64,000 bases of DNA from Ptychomitrium polyphyllum (Eukaryota). The position numbers were made by a program, and so were the translations under genes. Where the stretch lies: contig OZ316775.1 of NCBI GenBank assembly GCA_973851085.1, positions 13,640,001-13,704,000 of the forward strand, read 5' to 3'. Of the stretch, positions 51,821-64,000 are shown one piece after another (the first letter of the stretch is position 1; every line of letters starts with the position of its first letter). The notes under the pieces are model-generated. The model was not told where the DNA came from and searched no databases. It saw nothing but the letters and a program-made list of their open reading frames with translations.

Positions 51821-51898
<78 letters not shown>
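51821..51898. repeat. (AT)39 microsatellite
   Basis: Perfect AT dinucleotide run ~95 nt downstream of the TMEM18 stop codon. Confidence 0.97.
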
Positions 51899-51900
<2 letters not shown>

Positions 51901-51991
51901 TGCAGTAAGAAATCACCAAATTTCCTCCTCGTCCCCTTTGATCAAGCATCGTGTAGACGTTAAAACAAAGACTTGCACTTGAGTATGAACA

Positions 51992-52465
51992 TCACTTACT
52001 CTTCTTCTCACGTGCAATGCGGGCTTTGAGCTTCAGTTCAGCTCGCTGCCACTCAATCAACATCTGCGTCAGCGTCACCATGCTGTTCACAAGAATCAGC
52101 GTAGAAATCAGTAGCAAAGGCCCGGACCACACGGTCGACATGAAGACACCATTGGAGTCAAAATACGGCTGCCCGGCAAAAGTACGCCAGTTCCGAAGCA
52201 GAAACGAATCCAATCGTCCTGCGCAGTACACAGACACGAGCGCACCAAAGAACAGCACTGTTTGCGTGTTGCCCTGCTTCCTGGTAGCAATCACAACCAT
52301 AACGAGAACCAAATGGAACGCAATCAAGCCAATCAGCCATGGCTGTGTCCAGGCCACCGCATGTACGAAGCTCAGAATGGAATGCAAAAGTCCTCCTCCT
52401 TGCTGGTTAAACTCACCCCACTGCTGTCGAAGCGACCCCGACTCCCCTCCCACAATGCTCACCAT
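51992..52465 (-). CDS. TMEM18: Transmembrane protein 18 homologue, 157 aa, intronless CDS
   Basis: First ATG at 52465 (track start 52480 is TTG). Motifs AVAWTQPWLIGLIAFH, NWRTFAGQPYFDSNGVFMSTVWSGPLL and a basic C-terminus. Confidence 0.92.
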   Translation of the reverse strand: MVSIVGGESGSLRQQWGEFNQQGGGLLHSILSFVHAVAWTQPWLIGLIAFHLVLVMVVIATRKQGNTQTVLFFGALVSVYCAGRLDSFLLRNWRTFAGQPYFDSNGVFMSTVWSGPLLLISTLILVNSMVTLTQMLIEWQRAELKLKARIAREKKSK

Positions 52466-54231
52466 CTCGAGAACCACCAACTTTCAAAATCCTCACAAGG
52501 AGCTGTTCGCAAACACCTAAATCTAACTTCGTAAAATGCATCTTCGAATTCATCAACAGAAGAAGTGGCAACGCGAGAGCTGAGATCTCATTTCATTGTT
52601 TGAGCTGCGCGTTCGCCTTGTACCATGTCAACATGAAGAGCAGAATCCCAACAATCCTTCCTCGCTCACGAACACCCAAAACCTCCCAAACCCTGGTTTT
52701 GCCCAAAAGTTACACAACTTCACACTGAGAACCTGTCCTGCAGGAAGCCGAACCTATGCAATTAGTCCTCTGAGAAGTTGACGCGAGAGGGGACTCGATG
52801 TAGAAGCAATCACATTAGCCGGACTTTTCATCTAAAGATGGACCATCTAGGGAAGCTGTACATTTCGCTGAAGTGCTATGAACACTATGTAACGGTGGGT
52901 TTCATTCCAGATGCAGTTGAGAGGAAGTATTAGAGTTTAGAGGCAGTTTAGAGCTTTGAGGGGTTCATCTTCTTTTCTCTTTTGCTGGGTTAGTGCAGCC
53001 GGCTGTAGACTCCTGGCAATTGGGGCTGCTCTCGCTGCTCGCATTTCTGGAGACGACATTGAAGCTCTCTGCTTTTGCCTCTCTGTTGAGCCACGCCGCG
53101 CCGAATTTGGACCCCTTTTGATCGCGTTTTGGTCCTTTGAATGGAGAGCACGGGACGAGGAGAGGAATTCCGTTCTCGGGATTCTCATAGGTGCGTTCAT
53201 TCCCTCTGTTGTAGCGCACAGTGTGATATTTTCACGACTCTTACATGTGAGCATGAAATTCTTACAATTCCATCCTGAAACTGTTGATTAGGCAAGTTTA
53301 CCTGCTCTCGAAGTTTGAAGCAGTTGTTCTGGAAGTAGTTGAATGAGGTGCAGAATAGTTGGTGGTGAGTAGGGATGGTTGTGGAGTGTGTCCATGAAGG
53401 GAGGTCGGGGTTTGGTTCTCGTCGCGGCATGCTCAGGTAGTGCTAAGTGTTCGTGTGCATCTTCGGGCGCAGGAGGTTGATTCCATGAGGTGTGGGGATC
53501 TCGAGGGGGGGAGTCACTTTGCTAGAGGTTTATGCGGTGTTTCCAAAACCCTAATAGGCTTAATGCAGGCAGACGGGCAGGCAGCAGGCGCGGTGGTGGT
53601 GAGAGAAGTAGGAGGTTTTGGTGTCGCGGTGCTCGTGTTCTGGGAGTTTCGGGAGTGTAGAAGAGAGCAGTGTGTCGCGCGGGGGAGGTTTTTGAGCTTT
53701 GCGTTGGTCAATTGGGGAATGGTCGTTGGATAACCTCGAGTATAGTGTTGCATGATCTCAATTTAAGTTGTACTTCGTGACAGAATCAGTAACGCGTTTC
53801 GTGCCGTCGGAGGTTTGTGTGACATTTTGTTTGAAATTGTGTGAATTCTCTGTTTGTTTGAAGTTTTGTCGCCGTTCCCTTTTGCATCAAGTCCCAAGTT
53901 CGTCTGTATGTTGCGAATCTGCGAGGTTGGTGCTCTTTAACTAGTTTGTTTCAATTCGCATTCCTCGATTCTCAACCACTCTCTCTTCTCTTCTCATCAT
54001 CTTTCTCCATTTCCCTTGCGCACTCCTGGATTTCACAGGTATGTGCGTGAGATCCCAATCTTGGAGATTGAACGAGATTTGTAGACGATTATTAGGAGTA
54101 TAGTGTGATTTGGAAACGATGTTTCAATGGTGAAGAGATCTAAAATGCTGCGGAAAAAGGTTGAAGCCGTGAAAAGGGTACGTAAAAGTGTGGAATCTAA
54201 CTTCGTAGGTACTGGGTGTGTGTAGGTGACC

Positions 54232-56878
54232 ATGGCGGCCGCAAGAGCAATGGGACCAGGCTCGGTGTCCCACTTGCCATACTGCGCGGGGTCGACAGTC
54301 ACGAAGAGATCAAGAAGGCAGCCATGGTCGTCCGCCAATTCGCTCACATTGAGGGCAGAGTCACTGTGCGTGCCTTTTGTGCAGAATCAAAAATTTCAGA
54401 GCTGCAGGGTAGTGTCTGTAGAGTTCACTATGAAGGAGGGAGAGGCCGCGTCTGAGTCAGAGTCTCAGTTGGGCCAGATGGTGAGTACTATCTTGCAATT
54501 CTGATGCGAGTGGCTTTTCTCTTTACATATCCTCATCGGGCTCGTGTGGCCATATCCCAGTTTAGTTTTAAGAACTTGTGTCACTCTGCAATGAGACATA
54601 CGCTTCTACAAGTTTACTGCAAGCGCACAATCGGTGAATTGGTAATTGTGACACGCAATGAGTGCTCATGAGTGCACGTAAGGATACTGTTTGATAGGCA
54701 TCTCGATATTGAAGAGGTTCAAAATTCGACTGACTCCAAGTTGGATTCCGTTGATGTTCCTACCATTCTGCAGACCACGTCGAAGAAACCCTCGGTTATG
54801 AGAGGAGGCTATAGAGGAAATTTGTTTTTGGACGGCGTTGAGGGGCGTGTAAACGTGGCGAAGTACATGGACCGCAGTGTCGACCTAGAAGCGATTTTGG
54901 AGTCATTGAGGGAATCCAGCAGTGAGGAGGAAATGAAAACTGTTATGGCCCAGTGGAAGGGGAAAATTTCGCAGAGGTTGATGATGAGCTTGCTGAAGCT
55001 GGAACGTGACTGGCAACGTTCTCTCGCACTCCACGACTGGATGTTGGAGGAAGGTGGATATGCGCCCTCTACTTTTGGTTACAACATTGTCATCAGAAAC
55101 GTTCTTAAGGCGCGGAGGTGGACGTTAGGAGAAGGTCTGGTGAGCGAGATGATGGAGAAAGGAGTCATTCCAGACAAGTACACGTACTCTTCTCTCATAA
55201 GCTCATTTGGCAAGGCGGGGAAATTCGATTCCGCCGTAATGTGGCTGCAGAGGATGGAGGAGAAGGGTGTTCGGCCTGACCTTGTTATCTACAGTACTAT
55301 CATTGAGCTTGCTGGGAAGCTAAAAAACTTTCCGAAGGCTGTGGCTTTGTTCGTGAAGATGAAGGAAGCAGGTTCTTGCACAATCTATTAACCACTTGAT
55401 GTTGCTTTTAGCACTTGACTGTGTGGTAGGTAGTAATGATGCAAGTCCAAGGCAGTGGTTTTGTGGGTGCAGCAAGAGCCATTTCAAACCACAGTAGATT
55501 GTTTGGTGTAGGAGTTAATCATTTTGTTAATCCAATTGCTTGAAAGTTGCATCTGTCACAAAGCTGATGCTGCCGACTACATAAGTAACCTATCTGAAAT
55601 ATCGTTGTTTCGTGTATAGGTATTGTTCCTGATCGTGTGGTCTACAACTCCATGATCAACCTATTTGGCAAGGCGAAGCTTTACAAAGAAGCTGAGGGCA
55701 TTCTTGTGGAGATGAATGAGCTAGGCCTAGAGCCCGACACTGTCACTTACACGGCTCTAATGAATGCATACGCGGAAAACAAAATGTACACAGAAGCTAG
55801 AGGAGTGTTCTTGGATATGCGTGCGAAGGGTTGTCCCCCCGACCTTTGCACCTACAACATAATGATAAACATTTATGGAAAGTTGGATTTGATTAAGGAG
55901 GCCGAATATCTCTTCTGGAAAATGAAGGACACGAGAACAGTTCCCAGTGTTGTCACCTTTAACACTTTAATCAACGTCTTTGCGGAGGCACATATGGCTG
56001 AAGGAGCGTTACGGATTTACCGTTTCATGCACAGCAAAGGGTATTTGCCCAATATTGTTACATACAATACCATCCTCAAGATGTGGTGTAATGGATACGA
56101 TTTGCAGAAAGTTTCAAATTTGCTCCAGCAAATGCGAAGAAGGGGAATACCACCAAACGCAACGACGTACAGTCAGTTAATTGCGTTTTACTGTAAAATT
56201 GGAAAGTTTGATCGTGCAGCGACCTTGTTCCAATCCCTGCGCGTGCAGGGTTTTCCAATGGATTGGGTCCTGTACCATTCTATGATCGTAGCATATCAAA
56301 AGGGTGGACTATTAGGTCATGCAAAGCGGCTCCTTGAGGAGCTTAAGATTCCAGGGCACGTCTCCCGAGATACAGCCATCAACGTCATGGCGTTGGCCGG
56401 GAAAGTAGACGAAGCCTCAAAGCTGTTCTGGCGCGCAGAAAACGCTGGAGAGATCAAAGATATTTCAGTGTATCAGAATATGATCAAGGCCTTTATGGGG
56501 GACACGAAGATGCCATCGTCTGCTGTCAAGGTGTTCGAGGTAATGGAACAGAGAGGATTATTGCCGGACTCTGACACGGCGCTCTTAATCTTAAAGGCTC
56601 TTGGGAAGATGGAATTGTTACACCGAGCGGAGAGCATTTATAGGGAGCTTCAGGAGGCAGGGCTGGTGTTCAGGGAGGATGTTCACTGTAAAATGCTGGA
56701 GTTGTACGGACATTTTGGAGAGCTTGAATCAGCGAAAACTTTATTTATGAAGCTGAAAGATGAGCGGATAATCTCTGAGAAGACGCTTCATTTGGTTATG
56801 GCTCGTGTTTTCGAGAACAGCAATAGGTTGGATGATGCCTCGGAGATAATTCAAGGATTGAAAATGAGTGAACCCTGA
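54232..56878 (+). CDS. P-type pentatricopeptide repeat protein, At5g39980-like (probably plastid), ~701 aa, 3 coding exons
   Basis: Exons 54232-54480, 54774-55371 and 55620-56878 join in frame. DWQRSLALHDW is followed by tandem 35-aa PPR motifs (PDKYTYSSLI, PDLVIYSTII, PDRVVYNSMI, PDTVTYTALM...). Ser/Arg-rich transit-peptide-like N-terminus. No E/DYW domain. Confidence 0.92.
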
Positions 56879-58277
56879 TTTACCCGGTGGCTTCTGTGAG
56901 TCTCGTGAAGTACGAGCTTTGAAGACAAGATTCGGTCAATGGAGGAGTGCTAAGGCCTTACAGTATGTGTTGAATATCATGTGAGCTCACAACTTCAGTG
57001 TACAGTTTGAACGTCTTTGCTCGATGAGGTTTGTGCTAGGCAGCTGCATTTGTATGGTTGTAAAGTAAAAGCTAATGCAATATCGGTTGTTAAAACTACC
57101 TATTAAGCTCCTCTATTTGGTCCATAGTTTGACGGTTTTGGGCGTGTGTCATCCCAGTGTAGGTGAAGTGAGCTTGAGCCATGGTTAAAGCCTCGTCTCA
57201 AACGGAATTACGGGATGAAACTATTTTTGATAACCAATTTTGCGCCCGAAGAAATTTGGTCCTAACCTCTTTTTTCTTCTTACTTTTGGTGTCTAATTTT
57301 GGAAGACTTCCCTAGGGACATTAGCTTTTCACTGTAGGAGGCTTTCTGCATTCAATGTCAGTGTGGGTCATTGTAGAAAAGAGATGTTTAATAATCACTG
57401 TCAAGGCTTGTTAAATGACAATTTAATATAGCCCATGTAAAGTGAATTGTGCTCCTTCTGTAAGTCCTACTCGCTTCAATCATCTTACACCTTCTGGCTG
57501 ATGCTTAGGTGATGGTCTTTCTTCACTTGGCTTTCTGCGTTCAGGCTCTTATGGGAGAAGTATTCTCGGGAAGAGAGGCGTGGTTTACAGTGCAGGGATT
57601 TTTACATCCAACATTCTGTCTTATCCACGGTACCAATTCTTTGAGCTACTCTGCTTCATCAATATCAGGTGGTATATCTAAGTATGTCTTATCTCGAGTG
57701 AAAGCAATGCAAGAGAGTTCTCTTGTATATATGCTTTGTTGATAGCAGATTTGGGGTTTGTGACGAGATCATTGTCCTCCTCATTGTAGCGTTATCCGAT
57801 GCTAATATTGAAAATGGTAGATAATCTCAGCTGACCAGTATTTTCAATATCCCTGGTCGTAGAAGAGTGATTTGTTTTACTGAGTATACCACTGAGTCTT
57901 GTTGTACGTGACTGCAGTGTATATGTTCAATATAATTTGCAATTCGGCTTTGCTTTTCTGAAGGAATCCTTTTTGGAGTTCTCGAATTTCATCAATACGG
58001 TTGGTTGATTTATTTTATACCTCTTCGTTTTGCAAAGAACTCAAGTATCAAAAGTAAGGCAGCTTGGGCAACCTAGACTCCACAACAGGGATAAGACTAG
58101 TGCTGCACTGTATGATCTCGATTACCCTTATTGTACATTAACCAGATGGTGCTGTAACATTCTTCATACCCGTGGGCTCAGTTCAACCTGAACAAAAGGA
58201 GGCTACAGTACTTATGCCCAATACCAACGACCAATCGCCAAATAGGTTAAGATTTTGAGTGATCACGGAAATCCTTA

Positions 58278-61200
58278 TCATTGTGTTTTCAACTTGCTTT
58301 CCTCCAGTACCTCGTCCACCGGAATTAGTATCGGTTGTGACCTGCGCTGCCCTCTCACACTCCACTGTTGGTACCTGCATTATAATCAGAAATCAATGAA
58401 AAATATACTACCAGGAAGTATGATCAGCATAGAAAACCCTAACATTATATTACATGCGCTCGATGTCACTGAAACATGCCTGTGTCAATAAGATAAGCAT
58501 GTCTTTCTGAGAAGTGAAATTTGCTTTTCATTTGATCTAGAGTAGAAGCATTAGTACGAGCGGGGACCTTTCCCAACAGAAGAACCCGAGTCCAAATGCA
58601 ATGTATTGAAATCCAATCGTCTCTAACTTCAGAGATTCTCCAACTCCACCTCTCGTCTGCACCCAATGAAATTCAAATCAATGAGTCATTTGTGTTGACC
58701 TCCTAAGAGGACAAAGTTGGGAGTTGCTTATTCTCCTAGATAATTATGGCAGCATAATTTACTTTAGCGAGGCAACTGGTCGCCCTAGAATCAAGAGCTG
58801 AGTCCCTTTATTCCCTCTCCATCTAATGCCTTCATCTAAACTGGTGATAGCCGTGTTATCAAAGGGTGAGGTTTACCACTGCTAAAGAATGTTATTGGTG
58901 TAAAGGTGTTTCAGATATTACACAAAATATAATTTCATGCACACTCCAGAGCCAAGAAATTCAGCATCACCACATCAGAATAGTAATTAGACGGAAATTA
59001 GACGTTTATTTTGTAAAATGCCAAGTAAGTGTTTTTACGATTAGAACCCAGCCATCAGAAAAAATGTGCTACTCAAATGGTGTAGAGGTAAACATAAATA
59101 ATAATAATAAAAAATATAATACTTGTTTCATACTTTTTTGTTATCAAAAGATAGTAATCATGATTACTTCTCTGCCACATGTATAATAAGCGAGAATTAC
59201 AAACCTCAAAGAAAGAATTCCAGCCTGAATGTACCATCCCTTCCTGCAAGTGATAAGCGATCACACAAGTCAAGGAAACTGAGGATGAGGGATAATGCAT
59301 TGAGCTGAGAATAAGGTCACACAGGGAAGTCAAATGAAGCGAGGACAATGGACGAGTAAGCTGCTCAGGAGGCTCACCGAATCTAAAGTTTAATATAAGC
59401 ACCATTTGCTTCGTTGCTTCTTTGCACACAAATGGGAAGAGTTGTCCAGTGTCTGTATCCTTATTATGCGTGTCTTTTACTAAGCATGACATTACTAATC
59501 TTCTTGCAGAGCCACTACAGTAGCAACACCACATTTCTACTTGTTTTGCAGTATCTAAACGGCATGGTCAGGATTGCATGAGAAGAAAAGTTTCGTACCA
59601 AGATATGGTGAGCATCCTTCAAGAGCAGTAGCAGCATGTATGTCAGAGCACTTGTCCTCGCCAGCAACATCAGCTCTGCAACTGACTGCACCTCACACCA
59701 TCTATTCATGTTCATTAGTCCACATATATAGCATTCGCGACAATCAAAAGGATGTAATTTATCAAGCATATAACTTACACATCCAAAAATCTTTAACAAA
59801 CTATGACGCACGACCCATTTGCAGATTACTGATTAAAGCACACTAGAATACACCAATGGGACGTAACCTCCACGCTTTCAAGGTTAATTCAGAAATTTTA
59901 GCAGTACCTGTCCTGGGAACTATACAAAATAATCTATTTCAGGCAGGATGGTATTCGCACTTTCATGGTGGACAAAATAAAGCCACCCGCAGCAACAAGA
60001 GTCGTCAAGAATATGTTGAGCTTCGAGTCAAGCATGCTATGCTGGCCAAGAGTACCCCATGATTCTGTAAAGTACGAGATTGTCAACGTTATGATTGCCG
60101 CCACTGGTTTCATCAAACGCATAGTGGAGAACGGTGTTGACATATCTACAAAATACGAAACAGGTTTCAGTTCCTGAGTAAAGGACTAAGAAAATCATTG
60201 TTTCAGATTTTTCGAAGAGGTGACAGAAATTAAATTCCCCCCTCCCCCCAATTTACATTTCTTAAAGATACACTGAAGGTAAAATTGAGAATTGAAAACT
60301 CTGTTCTATCGATTTCTCTATACATCAAAAGGAGCTTATATAATATAAGATATACGATCAAAAGAACTATCATAGAGAACTTCGATGCAACTTTCACGGT
60401 AACAACAGAACTTAATTCAGAAGAATCACATCTGTGAGTGGAAGGGACGGAATCAGGAGTTGAGATGCAGACTTACGCAAGATTTCCCTCTGTTGAAGAA
60501 TCATGATTCCATTGAGTAAAGTGTACAAAGCCATTCAAAATCCATGCAAAAGATCATAAGCAAATTATGAAACAGTATCGGTTGAAGTGGCTGACAGTCT
60601 GTGTTTCGAGATTGTTGATAACCCAGATAAAACATCAATTATCACACGTATTTAATTAAAGTTAAAAGAAAAGAAAAATACTTTTCTGCTCTAACATCAT
60701 AAACATTCACGTACGATAAGTGCACTCTCTACACTTATCAGTAAGTGATAAGCCAGCTACAAGCCAGCTAGATGGTTGCAGCGCACAACTAAAAGGAAAA
60801 ACATTCTCACTAAGATAACCTTCTGAGCTGATGACCGACTTTCCCCATCTTAAAAACATTGAAGATATACTCCCGAATGTGTGACTTTTGTCGGTCCTCA
60901 ATTAAATGAATAAGAAAGATCAGTATGTTTCTTACCATTGAAATCTTTTGTAAAAGAATCAGTTGATTTTATGCATTGTGGAGATATTCCTTTTGTTTCC
61001 ACAATGCATAAAACAAAATTCCACTCTTGGAAATAAAGATCAGTCATGTCCTATGCAGGTTTACTCAATTTAAAACTGAAGACAGGAGGCGCCTTTGTAA
61101 GGTATGTATAAGACCTGCAAAAGGATCTGGGTCCCTGTCCAACGAAAGGCAGTAACTACTGATGCGGATGCGTGTAAAGCAAATTTGGAAAGCACAGATG

Positions 61201-63539
61201 AGTGATTCAGTGCTCTGCCCACTGCGTCACCAACACCCATTCAAATGGTTAAAGCAACAGGCGATATATTGTGAAGCTCAAGGTAGAGAATGCTCTACCA
61301 ATAAGTTTCCTACGACGTTCTAACCAATAGCAAGGAAAGATAAAATTGCAGAATCTAGATCAGGTGTGCAAATTAAGGACACATATCTGGCGTTTAAGTT
61401 CTTCCCATTGTAAGCCTGAATAAGTTTGTGACAGTTAACTACATGGATATGATCGAAGACACAGTCCTGTCAGAAGCTCTTCTACGAAGTGAAGGAAGTT
61501 GAGTATTACATTAAAAAGCAGAGCGTTGTAACTGACCTGACAACAAGGCGCCAGTTGTGAAAGAGACTATACCAGCTGTTAACTTGATGGTTGGAGTCTC
61601 CAAGCTGTTCACATGCACAATAGCATCCTTTTCATCTTAGATGATAGTCTAAGAAGATGATTAAGAATATGATCTTCGATAGCGTAATTATCTTCTAAAT
61701 AGATCTGGTTGGCCGAGTGTGACAACTCAAGAGCTTACTGAAATGCGTAAGTCATGAGGAGCACAAGAAATGGTGCTCCCGATTTGCTCTGCATTCCAAA
61801 ATAATACCAGATGAGACGCAGAACATAGTGCGTTGTTTGTGTAAGATTTATACTTGATCCTAGGCCCATGTTGTGATTATAAATGCTCCAACATGTGGGT
61901 GAAATGCTAAAATTGGTACTGACCACAGAAATGTTGATTTATTGAAAGTCAGTGCCAACTTGTGGTTGTCTTAACAATTCATAAGTTAATGCAACATTGA
62001 TAACGAAATATATGTTCAATGTCTCCAAGAGTGCTATAGCTATCAAACTGATCAATCTCGAAAGCATCACTGGAAGCTCACCAAGGCAGTGCAATCATCA
62101 GGGATGCTTGGATGTGGTATAGCAACATTGATGTCGATGGCGTTTGCAATACCCGGCGGTACCACTGCATCATGGAGTCGACGACATCAAGTTGAACATG
62201 GAAAGACAAATGGCGCAACGCTGTCCGTACTTAAGGATTAGGAACGTTTAACGAGGAAGTCTTAGCTCTATCTCTGCAGCTTCTGAATTATTAGATTACC
62301 TACTTTAACAGACAAAATAACATGGAGCCATCTGCACTTGCAGCATGTTTGCGAAACGTCGGAAATATCAAAAGCTCCTGAATCTCGAAAATGTATGGTG
62401 TAGTATCTGACTCAGGAATCAAATAAAGTTCCCACCCTTGAAGGACTATGAAGAGAATGAGTGAGTTGCAGGAGAAATCCTTTGCAATTTCAGAACAGAC
62501 TAGAGCGGTTAAAAACATACCTCTCAAAAAGTATGATCTCCATGAGATGCTAGCTATGCGAGAGGGCTTTTTCCCCCACTTTGTAAGGCGAAATAAAAGT
62601 GATATGATTGCTTGCGTGATGAAGAAGAGAGCTTGCAGCAACCTTGGTGCTGGAAAGTTCGCCAGCCTGTCTCCTAGTTTTGAGGTTTTGTATCTGCACT
62701 TCCCAGAAACAGCATTTCGCTGTAGAACAATGAATCACCTAAAAGTCTAATAAAAAGTGAACAATTACATTCTGAACAATGAAGCCCATGCCTAAAGAGG
62801 ATTGTCCAAAGCTACTTGAAAGATGAAGAAGTAAACTATGATTATCTTCCTGCCAGGATAGATTGTCCAAGCCTCATATTGTAAACAGTAAGACTAGAGT
62901 ATATGCACTTTTACAAAACAATCTACATAGGGGTTGCGATGTTTTTCGCACTTCGTACAAGATCAGGAAGGAAAAAGGTTCGACTTACCCTTCTTGTAGA
63001 GCAAAGGCTAGGTACCAGAAGGCAACATATATAACTGTCTTGCCAACAGTTTCCTTGGCGAAACATGATTTGCACAAAGCGCCTGGACGCGCGTCCTCTT
63101 TCAGCGATCCATAGTGAAAACCAACATGAGGCATTTCTTTAGCTGCATCATAAACTTCATGTGAGAACGCAAAGACTATTGTCAACTGCCAGCTTTTATC
63201 GAGAGATTGGAAAACATTACTGGTTTTCAGACTTGAAAAAGACAGGATCAACAGATACATATGGCATATACTTAGTATTTAGGGTTTCATTTATAGGTTT
63301 TGATGCTTACTTGGTCTGCCCGGAGGTGGAGGCGGCTCTTCCTCTTGGGGGGGCGCCTCCGGAGACTGTAGTAGCCATGTCAATATCTTCTTCCTTCTTT
63401 CCGATGCTATCAACTGCAGACCCTCGTCGCAACGCACACATTTCTGGACGAGAAGAGTATGGAGCTTACGACGCTGCGAGCTTGACGCTGTTGGTCCACC
63501 ATCGCGAGATTCCTCCGACAGTACCTCGTTCTCTGCCAT
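58278..63539 (-). CDS. TPT / nucleotide-sugar transporter family protein (SLC35C2 / At1g06470-like), 444 aa, 12 coding exons
   Basis: Exons 63539-63311, 63142-62989, 62693-62521, 62164-62082, 61788-61739, 61604-61537, 61221-61115, 60489-60477, 60145-59961, 59685-59599, 58656-58568, 58374-58278 are all GT-AG, phase-consistent and total 1335 nt. Motifs FWY, NFPAP, ISWRSYF, DIN, KSGAP, LETPTIKL, FRWTGTQILLQ and ELMLLARTSALT. Confidence 0.85.
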
Positions 63540-64000
63540 GCAACATTACCACCGCACATATGAGAATACTTCTTCCATTAAGATCTTGCAAAATCATTTC
63601 GTTATTAGCAGCTTGGTATACTAAGTCTAAAAGTTAGCGGCAGAAGCAAGAGCCTCAAATTTAAAAACCGCAACGTCGTGTGCCACTGCAGGCACCGAAC
63701 TATACAACTTCACATTTAGCCCTAACAGAATACGAGAATCACATTGCAGCAAAATGATTGCATCACAAAGCTATGGTTCCCTCGTAGAGCTCTGTGAGGT
63801 CCGTGACCTTCCTTGCACAATCTTCTGACGACATGACCACATAATTTAGCATGTAAAGAAACAGTGGGGAATTTCCCTCAACTTGCATTCATGCTCGTCG
63901 GACTGCCGTGCAACTTCCTCGTAGAATGCTACGGCATCGTTGTCTGCTTCATGCGATACTTGCAGAAGACTTCTCTAATCCCAGTGCGGTGAAGATGCTC

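Noticed and set aside
51713..51949. ORFs with poly-YI
   Set aside because: Translation of the (AT)n microsatellite.
52937..53291. Overlapping 84-111 aa ORFs between TMEM18 and the PPR gene
   Set aside because: No recognisable homology. Several frames are open simply because the region is GC-rich promoter/UTR sequence.

Overview
Eukaryotic nuclear DNA from a land plant. GT-AG introns, the gene families present and GC-balanced genes separated by very AT-rich blocks suggest a moss (Physcomitrium-like); the species is inference. Genes: DGS1 (NCA2-domain, 14 coding exons, +), three intronless HMA-domain genes (+; two are nearly identical over most of the CDS), a farnesylcysteine lyase pseudogene (+), an IRK-interacting/GIL1-like coiled-coil gene (+), two SAUR genes (-), TMEM18 (-), a P-type PPR gene (+) and a 12-exon SLC35C2/TPT-family transporter (-). 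Non-coding features: a ~2 kb 35-bp satellite with higher-order structure and a C-to-T/G-to-A decay pattern, an internally duplicated tRNA-Thr(TGT)-derived relic, two 16-bp perfect hairpins, an (AT)39 microsatellite and several unidentifiable AT-rich blocks. I see no convincing new multi-gene system. The best leads are the satellite, the mosaic HMA paralogues and the DGS1 splicing features. Homology calls rest on recalled motifs, not on database searches.
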